This document shows, in pieces, positions 1-7,924 of a DNA stretch of 64,000 nt; position 1 is the stretch's first letter, and each line of letters opens with the position of its first letter. Below the pieces are notes generated by a model. The model was given only the letters and a program-made list of their open reading frames with translations. It was not told where the DNA came from and ran no database searches. This stretch comes from Candidatus Poseidoniales archaeon (GTDB taxonomy: Archaea > Thermoplasmatota > Poseidoniia > Poseidoniales > Poseidoniaceae). The DNA lies in the NCBI GenBank assembly GCA_038116375.1, contig JAYNUQ010000002.1:26766-90765 (forward strand), in the 5' to 3' direction. A program made the translations under genes and the position numbers.

Positions 1-122
1 TTGAGTCGCTCTTCAGCACGGATGAGGCTCGCGGATGTTGATTGTTTGGCGATGAGCCACCCGAGGACACCACCAATTCCAAGTCCCGCCATGAGGAGTC
101 CGTATTCAACGAGGCCTGTCAT
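1..122 (-). CDS. N-terminal fragment of a membrane-anchored protein; the gene runs off the window start. The architecture could be RmuC-like.
   Basis: Reading leftwards from the ATG at 122 gives MTGLVEYGLLMAGLGIGGVLGWLIAKQSTSASLIRAEERL. This is one N-terminal TM helix followed by a charged helical start, and the frame stays open to position 1. The fragment is too short to appear in the ORF track. Confidence 0.3.
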   Translation of the reverse strand, partial: MTGLVEYGLLMAGLGIGGVLGWLIAKQSTSASLIRAEERL

Positions 123-200
123 GGTCGAACATCCCTGACGACAGTATATGATGACTGCCCATTGTGAACCTTCAAAGCAAAGCAGGAGGTGGGTTGTACC

Positions 201-911
201 ATGCGCTTTGAGCAACTGAACAAAGATGTATGGGCCATGACCTACCTCATCGTTGACGAAAAGACCCAAGAGGCCGCCCTTGTTGACCCCGTTTACGATT
301 TCCTTGACCAGTACACGTCGCTTCTTGAGGAACAGGGACTGAACCTCGTGTACGCCATAGCAACGCACACCCATGCAGACCACATCACGGCTTGCTTCAC
401 CTTGCGAGAACAACTCGGTTGCGAATACGTCATGTCAAACGAGACAGCAAGTCTCGGCGTATCCCGGTATGTCGAGGATGAGGAGAAGATCATGCTCGGT
501 TCCATTCCGATTCAGTTTCATGCATCGCCCGGTCATACCAATGACTCCATGATCGTGCATGTGCCTGGCTACATGATGACGGGAGATTTCTTGTTCAACG
601 GCGATGGTGGTGTCGGCCGAGACGATCTTCCAAGTGGTCGCCTCAAGGTTCACTGGGACGCCCTTTCTGTGCTCGATCGGTTTGAGGGCCATACCGTTGT
701 CTGCTCGGGACACGACCCACCCGGGACGACCATGATGTCGCTTGCGTGGAACAGAGAAAACAATCCGATTCTTTCCATGCCAGACTTTGAGACCTTTCGG
801 GCATGGCAGGAAGCGACTGCTGCAAAGCTCGGTGGTGTTTCAAAAATCAAGACGGCCATTCCAGCCAATCTCTTCGGAGAATTGCCGGAAAGCATTCCAT
901 GGTTGGATTGA
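201..911 (+). CDS. MBL-fold metallo-hydrolase (glyoxalase II / ETHE1-like)
   Basis: The protein has the metallo-beta-lactamase motifs THTHADH, PGHTNDS and GDFLFNGDGGVGRDD. The ATG at 201 lies 10 nt after a GGAGGT Shine-Dalgarno-like site. The ORF track begins at an upstream GTG (189). Confidence 0.8.
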   Translation: MRFEQLNKDVWAMTYLIVDEKTQEAALVDPVYDFLDQYTSLLEEQGLNLVYAIATHTHADHITACFTLREQLGCEYVMSNETASLGVSRYVEDEEKIMLGSIPIQFHASPGHTNDSMIVHVPGYMMTGDFLFNGDGGVGRDDLPSGRLKVHWDALSVLDRFEGHTVVCSGHDPPGTTMMSLAWNRENNPILSMPDFETFRAWQEATAAKLGGVSKIKTAIPANLFGELPESIPWLD

Positions 912-914
912 CCC

Positions 915-2069
915 CTACTTCTTGAGCGGGTTCTTCGGCGCCTTGGTATCTTTCGGTATCGTGGGAAGGTTCTGAAGTTCCTCAAACGACAATTGCTGCA
1001 GACTGGCAGAATCGAACACAGAGAGCCGTTCTTCCATGGCCATTCGTACGTTGAAATCAATACGGCCTTTGGAACGTGTGAGGTCGTAGGAGAGCGGTTG
1101 GAGCCGGTCGATGACCTGTTCCTCAAAGTCGTGTCGTACGCCCTCACCTCGCCATGACGAATAGCCCCAGCGGTATGAAATTCCAACCATGGCTGCGCCG
1201 TAGAGCAGCGTCAGTACCACCGTGGCGAAGAGGATGGGATTGCCGTCAACATCTCGCGATTCTTCGAGAAGGTTTCGCCCAAGCAAAAAGAGGAGACCGA
1301 TGCCCACGACGGGATTGAGGACGCCTTCTAACCACTGGTTCACGGGAACGAGGCGTCCCTTGGCTGGGTCGACAAACACCAGGTCAGCCTCAAACGCCGT
1401 GTTCAACACCGACAAGACGGAAAGCAGAACCATGTAGAGGAAAGAGGAAACAATCAGTTCCACGGTCCACGAATCGAGATCGAGAATCCAATGCACGATG
1501 AGCCATGCAAACAATCCCAAAAACGCCGCCTGGGGTACATAATTGAAGTGTTCAATGTGTTGAGAAAATTCGGTCAACGACTTCCGCTGCTCTCGGGTTC
1601 CGCGGTGCGGTTTCGGGATGTGTATCACCTGCCAGTGCATCAACCGCTCAATCGTTTTGAGTGTCCAGATGAGCAGCCTTTGTCGAATCAATACGTACTC
1701 CATGAGGAGCATGAACGGGAACCCGATGAGGACCAAAGGCAGGGCCATGATGGCGGAGAGAGGGAGAATCAGAAGAGCAGGTAAGAGCAAGAAGTGAGAA
1801 AGGGTCAGCGGATGAAGCATTTCAGCCTCGATCAAACGCTGCTTTGCGGGAGGGATTCGAAGGTTGCGAGCGATGTCATCCAAGGTTTGGGAAAAGGAGG
1901 ACACTTGATGCCCAGAATCAAGAATTTGTCGAACCACCGTGCGGTACTCCGAGACTTCGTGACCGACACCCACCCAAAACTGCCAGGCAAGCCTCATCGG
2001 TAGGGCCAAGATAAGCGGTAATGCCAAAATCCCAGCACCCCATAGGAGCTCTTGCATCTCAGTCTCCAC
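915..2069 (-). CDS. hypothetical polytopic membrane protein
   Basis: This is a 384-aa ORF with several long hydrophobic segments (LLLPALLILPLSAIMALPLVLIGFPFMLL, FLGLFAWLIVHWIL, and others). I recognise no family motif. Confidence 0.6.
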   Translation of the reverse strand: METEMQELLWGAGILALPLILALPMRLAWQFWVGVGHEVSEYRTVVRQILDSGHQVSSFSQTLDDIARNLRIPPAKQRLIEAEMLHPLTLSHFLLLPALLILPLSAIMALPLVLIGFPFMLLMEYVLIRQRLLIWTLKTIERLMHWQVIHIPKPHRGTREQRKSLTEFSQHIEHFNYVPQAAFLGLFAWLIVHWILDLDSWTVELIVSSFLYMVLLSVLSVLNTAFEADLVFVDPAKGRLVPVNQWLEGVLNPVVGIGLLFLLGRNLLEESRDVDGNPILFATVVLTLLYGAAMVGISYRWGYSSWRGEGVRHDFEEQVIDRLQPLSYDLTRSKGRIDFNVRMAMEERLSVFDSASLQQLSFEELQNLPTIPKDTKAPKNPLKK

Positions 2070-2169
2070 CGTTCTTCCTCATGCAGGCCACTCGCTTGGG
2101 GTTGTTGAAAACAACGGTTGTCCGTGGATAAATCCCAATGTTCTAACGCCTTCGTGTGGCCCTCACACC

Positions 2170-3153
2170 ATGGCAAAGGTTGCCGTCACCGACGGAATGG
2201 ACAAAAAAGCGGTTGCTCGCTTGAAAAAAGCGGGCCACGAGGTGGTCCTTGAGCACATCAGCGAAGACGCCTTGCTCGCTGGTGCTTTGGAATCTTTTGA
2301 TGCCATCATCGTTCGCAGTGCCACCAAGCTGACGGAAAAGGTCCTGAAGGCTTCCGGTGATCGCCTCAAAGTCATCGGTCGTGCGGGTGTGGGCGTTGAC
2401 AACATCGATTTGGAAACCGCTGGAAAGCGAGGCATCAAGGTCGTCAATGCGCCTCGAGCCAGCACGCAATCCGTGGTTGAGTTGACCCTCGGCCATCTCC
2501 TCGCCTCCATACGACATTTGCCAAGGGCTGACCGTTCTCTGCGGGACGGGAAGTGGGAAAAAAAAGCGATGAAGGGTTCTGAACTCTCTGGAAAAGCACT
2601 CGGTCTCATTGGATTTGGGCGAATTGCGCAATCCGTCGGGCGCATCGCTCAAGCGATTGGTATGGAACTTCACGCCTATGACCCCTACCTCCCTCCCAAG
2701 GTTGCGAAATCTCAGGGGACGCGCCTCCACAAATCGTTGGAATCTTTGTTCTCGAATTGCACCCATATTTCCATTCACTGCAATTTGACCGATGAAACCC
2801 ACCACCTCGTCAATGCTGAACGTCTTGCTGCCATGCCCCACATCGGAAAAGACGGTGCCCGGTGTGGGAGCCACATCATCAACTGCGCTCGCGGAGGTAT
2901 CGTAGACGAAGATGCGGTCGTTCAGGCGCTTGAATCCGGCGTGCTCACCTCCGCTGCTCTTGATGTCTTTGAAGTTGAACCGGTTGACCCTTCCCATCCG
3001 CTTCTCCAAATGGAGCATTTTCACGGAACACCGCACATCGGAGCCTCCACCGTTGAGGCGCAAGGCCGAGTCGGCATGGACATCGTCACCAACGTGATGG
3101 ACGCACTTCAGAACCGACCGTGTGATTTTATCGTCAACGGCTCATACTTGTAA
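2170..3153 (+). CDS. serA: D-3-phosphoglycerate dehydrogenase / D-isomer-specific 2-hydroxyacid dehydrogenase
   Basis: GRAGVGVDNIDLETAGKRGIKVVNAP and the Rossmann motif GLIGFGRIAQSVG are present, together with the catalytic-region pattern INCARGGIVDE...HIGAST. The 306-aa antisense ORF (2143..3063) is treated as a shadow ORF. Confidence 0.85.
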   Translation: MAKVAVTDGMDKKAVARLKKAGHEVVLEHISEDALLAGALESFDAIIVRSATKLTEKVLKASGDRLKVIGRAGVGVDNIDLETAGKRGIKVVNAPRASTQSVVELTLGHLLASIRHLPRADRSLRDGKWEKKAMKGSELSGKALGLIGFGRIAQSVGRIAQAIGMELHAYDPYLPPKVAKSQGTRLHKSLESLFSNCTHISIHCNLTDETHHLVNAERLAAMPHIGKDGARCGSHIINCARGGIVDEDAVVQALESGVLTSAALDVFEVEPVDPSHPLLQMEHFHGTPHIGASTVEAQGRVGMDIVTNVMDALQNRPCDFIVNGSYL

Positions 3154-3178
3154 CACTTTCACTTTCATCGACTGGGTG

Positions 3179-3487
3179 ATGAATAAGCATCCCTTCCTTC
3201 TCGGGTTTCAATGCGTTATGGGTCGAAGTGTACCGCCATGGCGAACGCGAGTAGAACACGAATTGGAACACCTCATGCCGTATCGTCGGGCGTTGTCTTC
3301 TGCCGATCAAGCGGCGTTTGATGCACTGCTCAATGAAGTGCGACAGCGTCGTTCGGCAGGAGGTTTGCTGCCCGCATTGAACACATGGCAACCCATGGTG
3401 CTCAACATGTTGGTCGGATTGATGGCGCAGGTTTCACGGCTCACGGCACAAATAGAAGCACTCGAGGAACGGCGTCGTGATGATTGA
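3179..3487 (+). CDS. hypothetical small protein, translationally coupled to the family-B polymerase
   Basis: The ORF is about 100 aa (MNKHPF... or MGRSVPPW... from 3218) and ends in a helical C-terminus. Its stop (3485-3487) overlaps the polymerase start (GTG 3477 / ATG 3480). I recognise no family. Confidence 0.5.
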   Translation: MNKHPFLLGFQCVMGRSVPPWRTRVEHELEHLMPYRRALSSADQAAFDALLNEVRQRRSAGGLLPALNTWQPMVLNMLVGLMAQVSRLTAQIEALEERRRDD

Positions 3488-5969
3488 GGGGTGGCTGCTT
3501 GATGTTCATGAAAACGAGGCCAACACCGGCATGGTGGCCTGGGTGGTCGACCGCCACGGTGTTGCGCATCGGTGTGACGTTCCTTGGCAACCCACCCTTC
3601 ACGTCCACGCAACCCATGAGCAACTGGACCGTTTGGAACACTGGTTGATGCAACCAGAAATCCAACTGCGCTTCGGTATCGGCGATGTCCGAATGACACG
3701 TGCCCGCTTGGACTTGGAGGCGACGGGCCACGTTGACGTGCTGGAACTTGGGCTACATACGTATCAACACCTTCGAGGATTGGCTGAACACGTTGAAGCC
3801 AGAGGAGACTTTCATCGGTTCAAACTCTATTCGGTCGATGCGCACCTTGCTCAGCGTTTTTTGAACGAGAACAACTGCATTCCGTTCCAACGGGTTCGAT
3901 GGTCCAGTTCATCGCCACAAAGCATCGAGCCCTTGGAGGACGGCACCATGGATTCAGGCGTCTATCCACCGTTCCACGTTGTGCGCATGCGTTTCGAACA
4001 GGGGGTCGACTCGGCGCTTCCCTCGCTTGACGGCACCGTCGAGAGCATTCATTTGGACAGCGTTAACGAGCCGGGATTGGCACCGTTTTCAGCCCCGTTC
4101 TCGGTTACGCTCAAGCGTCAAGATTTTGCGTCCATGTCGGCCATGCTCATGGCACTTCAAGACGCTCTTGCATCCATGGACCCTGACATCCTGATGTCCG
4201 CAGGTGGCGATCAGCGTTGGTTTCCGTGGCTGGTTGAGCAGGCCACACTGCACGATGTTCCTCTTCAAATCGGACGTACATCGGACGTGCTCGCTCAGAC
4301 GACGCATCAGCGAACGATTCGTTCCTACGGCCAAACTCGCCATCGTCACGGTTCGTTCTTCCTCAAAGGGCGTCTTCACCTTGACATCAAGAACAGTTTC
4401 ATCGTCAACGAAGGCGGTCTTGCCGGTTTGTTTGAACTGGCCCAACACTCGCGACAATCGGCACAAATCATCTCGCGACTTTCGCCAGGTTCGGTCATCA
4501 GCGCCATACAAATGCGGGTGGCCATGGACGACGGCGTGCTCGTGCCGTGGAAAAAAAATCGGCCCGAAGACACGAAATCTGCTCTTGATTTGCTTCATGC
4601 CGACCGAGGGGGCCTCTACCTTGATAGCCGACCTGGCGTCCATGCCTCGGTGATTGAACTCGATTTTGCAAGTCTTTTCCCGAGCATCATCGCCACCCGC
4701 AACATCTCTCCAGAGACCCTGAATTGCCCGTGTTGTCAACCCGTAGCAAAAGGGGATTTACGAGGTGTGGTCCCGTTGCATCCTGACGAAGCTGCTCAAG
4801 AATTTCGAGAACGTGCGGTGCTGTCGACCTTCGGTCACGGGTTGTTCCCCCTTTCACATGAAAAGGCGCTTTCTGTTCCAGGCCTCAACATGCACACCTG
4901 TGGGCGAACGCACGGATTTCTCGGTCGCGTGGTGGCCCCCATCATCGAACGGCGACGTGAACTGAAGCATCAACGTCAGCACAAAGGCGACGCCTTTGAC
5001 CTGCGACAGAATGCACTCAAATGGCTTCTCGTGACGTGTTTTGGATACACGGGCTACCGCAATGCTCGTTTTGGACGTATCGAGGCTCACGAAGCGATTT
5101 GTGCGTGGTCTCGAGACCTCTTGTTGACCACCATTGAAGAAGCCCAAAAAGACGGATGGAACGTTCTCCACGCCATCGTTGACTGCGTTTGGCTCTCTGA
5201 CACAGAAGGGCGTTCAAGAGACCAACAGCGCAGCGATGCTGAGGCGTTTGCCAAACGCGTAACGAAGCAGGTTGGTATACCTCTTGAATTCGAGGCGCAC
5301 TACGATTTCATCGCCTTTTTGCCGAGCCGAATGCACGGTTCAGGTTCGCTCACAAAATACTGGGCCTACGCCGAAGGCGAATTCAAAGTTCGAGGCATCG
5401 AGTTGCGCCAGCATTCCACGCCCCGATGGGTACGTGAACTTCAGCAAAGGGGATTGGAACTGTTGGCCGAAGGTGAGCGCATCGACGGACGTCCTTCCCT
5501 TCGGGCACAGCGCTCGGTCTTGGCCCATTACCGAGGCGAACTTCAGCGCTTGAACAGGAACGAAGTTCCGTTGTCAGACCTCGTCACGACACGACGAACG
5601 ACCCGGTCCATTGAGGACTATCGAGTTCGGAATTTGACCTACGGGGCTTTGATGCGCGCACACGGTCTCGGCTATGAGGTCCCTCCAGGTGGAAAGGTCC
5701 GCTATGCGGTCGTGAACCGCTCAGCTACCGATCCGATGGAACGTGTTTTGCTGGCCGAGGAAATTGAGACCTTGGGTCATCAGCACGCTGGTTGTCCTTT
5801 GCATAATGGAGAACTTGCTGAGCGAGCCATTTGGGCGCTGCTCGCTCCGTTCGGGTGGACTTCAGAACGCCTTCGCCTTGACGGCCGACAACCGAGTCTT
5901 CTGGAGTTCATTCATCCCGGTGGCGCAGAACAAGAGCCCCAACGTTTGGAGGAATCGCTTCACGATTGA
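3477..5969 (+). CDS. family-B DNA polymerase with degenerate exonuclease motifs (PolB2-like)
   Basis: Motif A is DFASLFPSIIATRNISPETL. Motif B is LKWLLVTCFGYTGYRNARFG. The KxY region is LTKYWAY..VRGIELRQH. The N-terminus (LLDV...) is typical of archaeal PolB. The positions equivalent to ExoI, ExoII and ExoIII read FSVTL, GGDQRWFPWL and HSRQS. Motif C reads HAIVDC rather than YxDTD. Confidence 0.85.
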   Translation: MMIEGWLLDVHENEANTGMVAWVVDRHGVAHRCDVPWQPTLHVHATHEQLDRLEHWLMQPEIQLRFGIGDVRMTRARLDLEATGHVDVLELGLHTYQHLRGLAEHVEARGDFHRFKLYSVDAHLAQRFLNENNCIPFQRVRWSSSSPQSIEPLEDGTMDSGVYPPFHVVRMRFEQGVDSALPSLDGTVESIHLDSVNEPGLAPFSAPFSVTLKRQDFASMSAMLMALQDALASMDPDILMSAGGDQRWFPWLVEQATLHDVPLQIGRTSDVLAQTTHQRTIRSYGQTRHRHGSFFLKGRLHLDIKNSFIVNEGGLAGLFELAQHSRQSAQIISRLSPGSVISAIQMRVAMDDGVLVPWKKNRPEDTKSALDLLHADRGGLYLDSRPGVHASVIELDFASLFPSIIATRNISPETLNCPCCQPVAKGDLRGVVPLHPDEAAQEFRERAVLSTFGHGLFPLSHEKALSVPGLNMHTCGRTHGFLGRVVAPIIERRRELKHQRQHKGDAFDLRQNALKWLLVTCFGYTGYRNARFGRIEAHEAICAWSRDLLLTTIEEAQKDGWNVLHAIVDCVWLSDTEGRSRDQQRSDAEAFAKRVTKQVGIPLEFEAHYDFIAFLPSRMHGSGSLTKYWAYAEGEFKVRGIELRQHSTPRWVRELQQRGLELLAEGERIDGRPSLRAQRSVLAHYRGELQRLNRNEVPLSDLVTTRRTTRSIEDYRVRNLTYGALMRAHGLGYEVPPGGKVRYAVVNRSATDPMERVLLAEEIETLGHQHAGCPLHNGELAERAIWALLAPFGWTSERLRLDGRQPSLLEFIHPGGAEQEPQRLEESLHD

Positions 5970-6693
5970 GGCGCCTTCTGGTGAGATGAAAACGCATTTG
6001 CGGGTCGATTTGGAGCGGCATCCATGGGCCTCTCGCACCGGATTTACGATGCTTGAGATGCAAAGTTCTCTGGCGTCGTCTTCCGCGCCATGCTCCTTCA
6101 AGGTGATTCTGTGCGTGCCGGTGAAGGTGGTGCAGCAGTCGTGAATCGGTGTGCGGTGAATGCTCCGTTCCCGTGATGGCAATGACGGCTGCATGGTGCT
6201 GTTCTGCAAGTTGGCGTAAAATGTGCACGTGTCGCTTCAGAAGCGTTCTGGATTCCAGGCGTGAAACGGCATCATCACCGTGCATGGCCATCAGGCCGTC
6301 GAGCACCACCATCGGTGAACGGGTGATGGCGAGTTCATGCGGCAGTCGCTCAATTTGGCGGTCGAGTTGGTGCAACGTGAATCCCCGACTCAGGTACAAG
6401 CGACCAAGGCAGGCTTCCACATCACCTCCCAGCGCCTCCAGAAGGGGAATGAATCGCGAGGGGTCAATTCGACAGGCACCGTCCACCCAGTGAACAACTT
6501 CACCCTGAACCAGTGCATGGGCGACCCAATGCTCGGCCACGCATCGCATGCTCTTTCCCGCCCGTCCAGGCCCGCTCAGTTGGTAGAGTTGGCCACGAGC
6601 GGGCTGAATATGCAGCGGGTCAATCCCTTGGCGCCGACGAATCAATCCTCGGGTGATGGTGCTGGCCGCCTTGATTGGTCTCATGTGAATCAT
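5908..6693 (-). CDS. RecA-fold P-loop ATPase (RadB / KaiC / ImuA-like)
   Basis: Walker A is LSGPGRAGKS and the Walker B-like segment is SPMVVLDGL, in a RecA/RadB-like arrangement (G..Y.LSGP..GKS...VHWVDGA....R). I chose the start MIHMRP at 6693. The longer ORF-track start at 6939 would run across the dinB start. Confidence 0.65.
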   Translation of the reverse strand: MIHMRPIKAASTITRGLIRRRQGIDPLHIQPARGQLYQLSGPGRAGKSMRCVAEHWVAHALVQGEVVHWVDGACRIDPSRFIPLLEALGGDVEACLGRLYLSRGFTLHQLDRQIERLPHELAITRSPMVVLDGLMAMHGDDAVSRLESRTLLKRHVHILRQLAEQHHAAVIAITGTEHSPHTDSRLLHHLHRHAQNHLEGAWRGRRRQRTLHLKHRKSGARGPWMPLQIDPQMRFHLTRRRLNREAIPPNVGALVLRHRDE

Positions 6694-6810
6694 TGAACGA
6701 GGATGTAGGTGGTCATCGTATCTTGCGAAGACCCCTCTGTTTAACTGAAGAGACACATCAACTTCAAACACCGCTGGCGCCGATGCGTGGGCGTGGTAGG
6801 CGAGCAAAAG

Positions 6811-7923
6811 ATGGCCGAACCGCTCGGGCCGAGAATTTTGATTCACTGTGATTTGGATGCCTTTTTTGCTGCGGTTGAAACCATCCACCACGGATTTGAT
6901 GAAACCGTGCCGTTGATCATTGGTTCGGACCCCAAACAAGGCCGCGGACGTGGAATTGTATCAACGTGCAATTATGCAGCCCGGGCCTATGGGATTCGCT
7001 CTGCCATGCCCGTATCTGAAGCCTGGCGTCGTTGCCCAGCAGCTCCGTTTGGACCCGCCATCTACATCCGAGGAACGCGAGGGCTGTACAGCAGAGCAAG
7101 TCGAAAAGTAATGGCGTGCTTGCAGAATTCTGCGAACCTGTTTGAAAAAGCAAGCATCGACGAAGCGTATCTTGATGTGACCGAGAATGTCGGTGGGGAT
7201 TGGGATGCCGCTCTCGCTCTTGCGAAGCACTTGCAGCAACAAATCGTTGAGGAGGTCAACCTCACCGCTTCCTTTGGTATTGGACCCACCCGCTTGGTGG
7301 CGAAAATGGCCAGCGAGGTGAACAAGCCCAACGGCATTTTCAGGGTGATGCCCGATGAGGTGAATGCGTTCTTTGAGGGTCGCTCGCTGCGTGCCATACC
7401 GGGCATCGGGCCCAAACGAGCGACTCAACTCGCTGAATGGGGCTACACCACTGCAGACGACCTCTATGCCTTGGGAGAACTTTCGTTGGCGAGCCTTGCT
7501 GGTGAACGATTCGCGGCGTGGTTCATGCGGGTCGTTGACGGTGAGAGCAGCAGCGTCGTTAGTCCACTTCGCAGCAGAAAATCCATTGGAAAAGAGCACA
7601 CCTTTGAGCGAGATGTAGCGAATCATGAAGTGGTCCTTGAACGTCTTGAACAACTGGTTGCTCTTGTCATGGAACGGGCGACGAACCTGGGGGTTTCCGG
7701 TCGATTGGCTGAAGTCAAAATTCGGTACACAGGATTTGAAACACACACTGCAGGCAGAAGCATTCCCGTCGCAATGGACGATGATGGGGTGTTCAAGCGT
7801 TTGGCCAACGGACTGTTTGCAACAAATATTCGCCCCGACAATCGGGTTCGCCTGATCGGGTTCCGACTTGGCCAACTGGAGGTGCCTCCTTCCCGACAAT
7901 CGACGCTGTTTGAGGAAGAATAG
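6811..7923 (+). CDS. dinB: Y-family DNA polymerase IV (DinB/Dpo4-like)
   Basis: ILIHCDLDAFFAAVE and the catalytic SIDEAYLDV motif are present, along with the FGIGPTRLVAKMAS and IPGIGPKRA helix-hairpin-helix regions. I prefer the ATG at 6811 (MAEPLGPRIL) over the upstream GTG at 6787. Confidence 0.9.
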   Translation: MAEPLGPRILIHCDLDAFFAAVETIHHGFDETVPLIIGSDPKQGRGRGIVSTCNYAARAYGIRSAMPVSEAWRRCPAAPFGPAIYIRGTRGLYSRASRKVMACLQNSANLFEKASIDEAYLDVTENVGGDWDAALALAKHLQQQIVEEVNLTASFGIGPTRLVAKMASEVNKPNGIFRVMPDEVNAFFEGRSLRAIPGIGPKRATQLAEWGYTTADDLYALGELSLASLAGERFAAWFMRVVDGESSSVVSPLRSRKSIGKEHTFERDVANHEVVLERLEQLVALVMERATNLGVSGRLAEVKIRYTGFETHTAGRSIPVAMDDDGVFKRLANGLFATNIRPDNRVRLIGFRLGQLEVPPSRQSTLFEEE

Positions 7924-7924
7924 C

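Noticed and set aside
2143-3063. A 306-aa ORF antisense to serA. Similar long shadow ORFs occur at 6961..7899 (anti-dinB), 26309..26983 (anti-pepP), 49905..50687 (anti-mdh), 54947..55687 (anti-FGE), 28119..29030 and 29454..30407 (anti-PNGase-like gene) and 23653..24366 (anti-TSP3 gene).
   Set aside because: In each case the opposite strand carries strong family motifs. The shadow translations are Arg/Ser/Gly-rich or repetitive and have no recognisable motifs.
4553-4560. An A8 homopolymer inside the polymerase gene, and another at about 2567-2574 in serA, considered as possible slippage or phase-variation sites.
   Set aside because: Both are read through in-frame as Lys-Lys codons. There is no alternative-frame ORF of note downstream and no evidence of frameshifting. 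They are most likely incidental.
3179-7923. A mobile-element interpretation of the PolB locus (casposon, pipolin or a virus-like self-replicating element).
   Set aside because: No Cas1, integrase/recombinase, terminal-protein-like gene, terminal inverted repeat or flanking tRNA/att-like direct repeat is visible. The flanking genes (serA, valS) are core housekeeping genes. The exonuclease-dead profile also argues against a protein-primed or replicative element polymerase.
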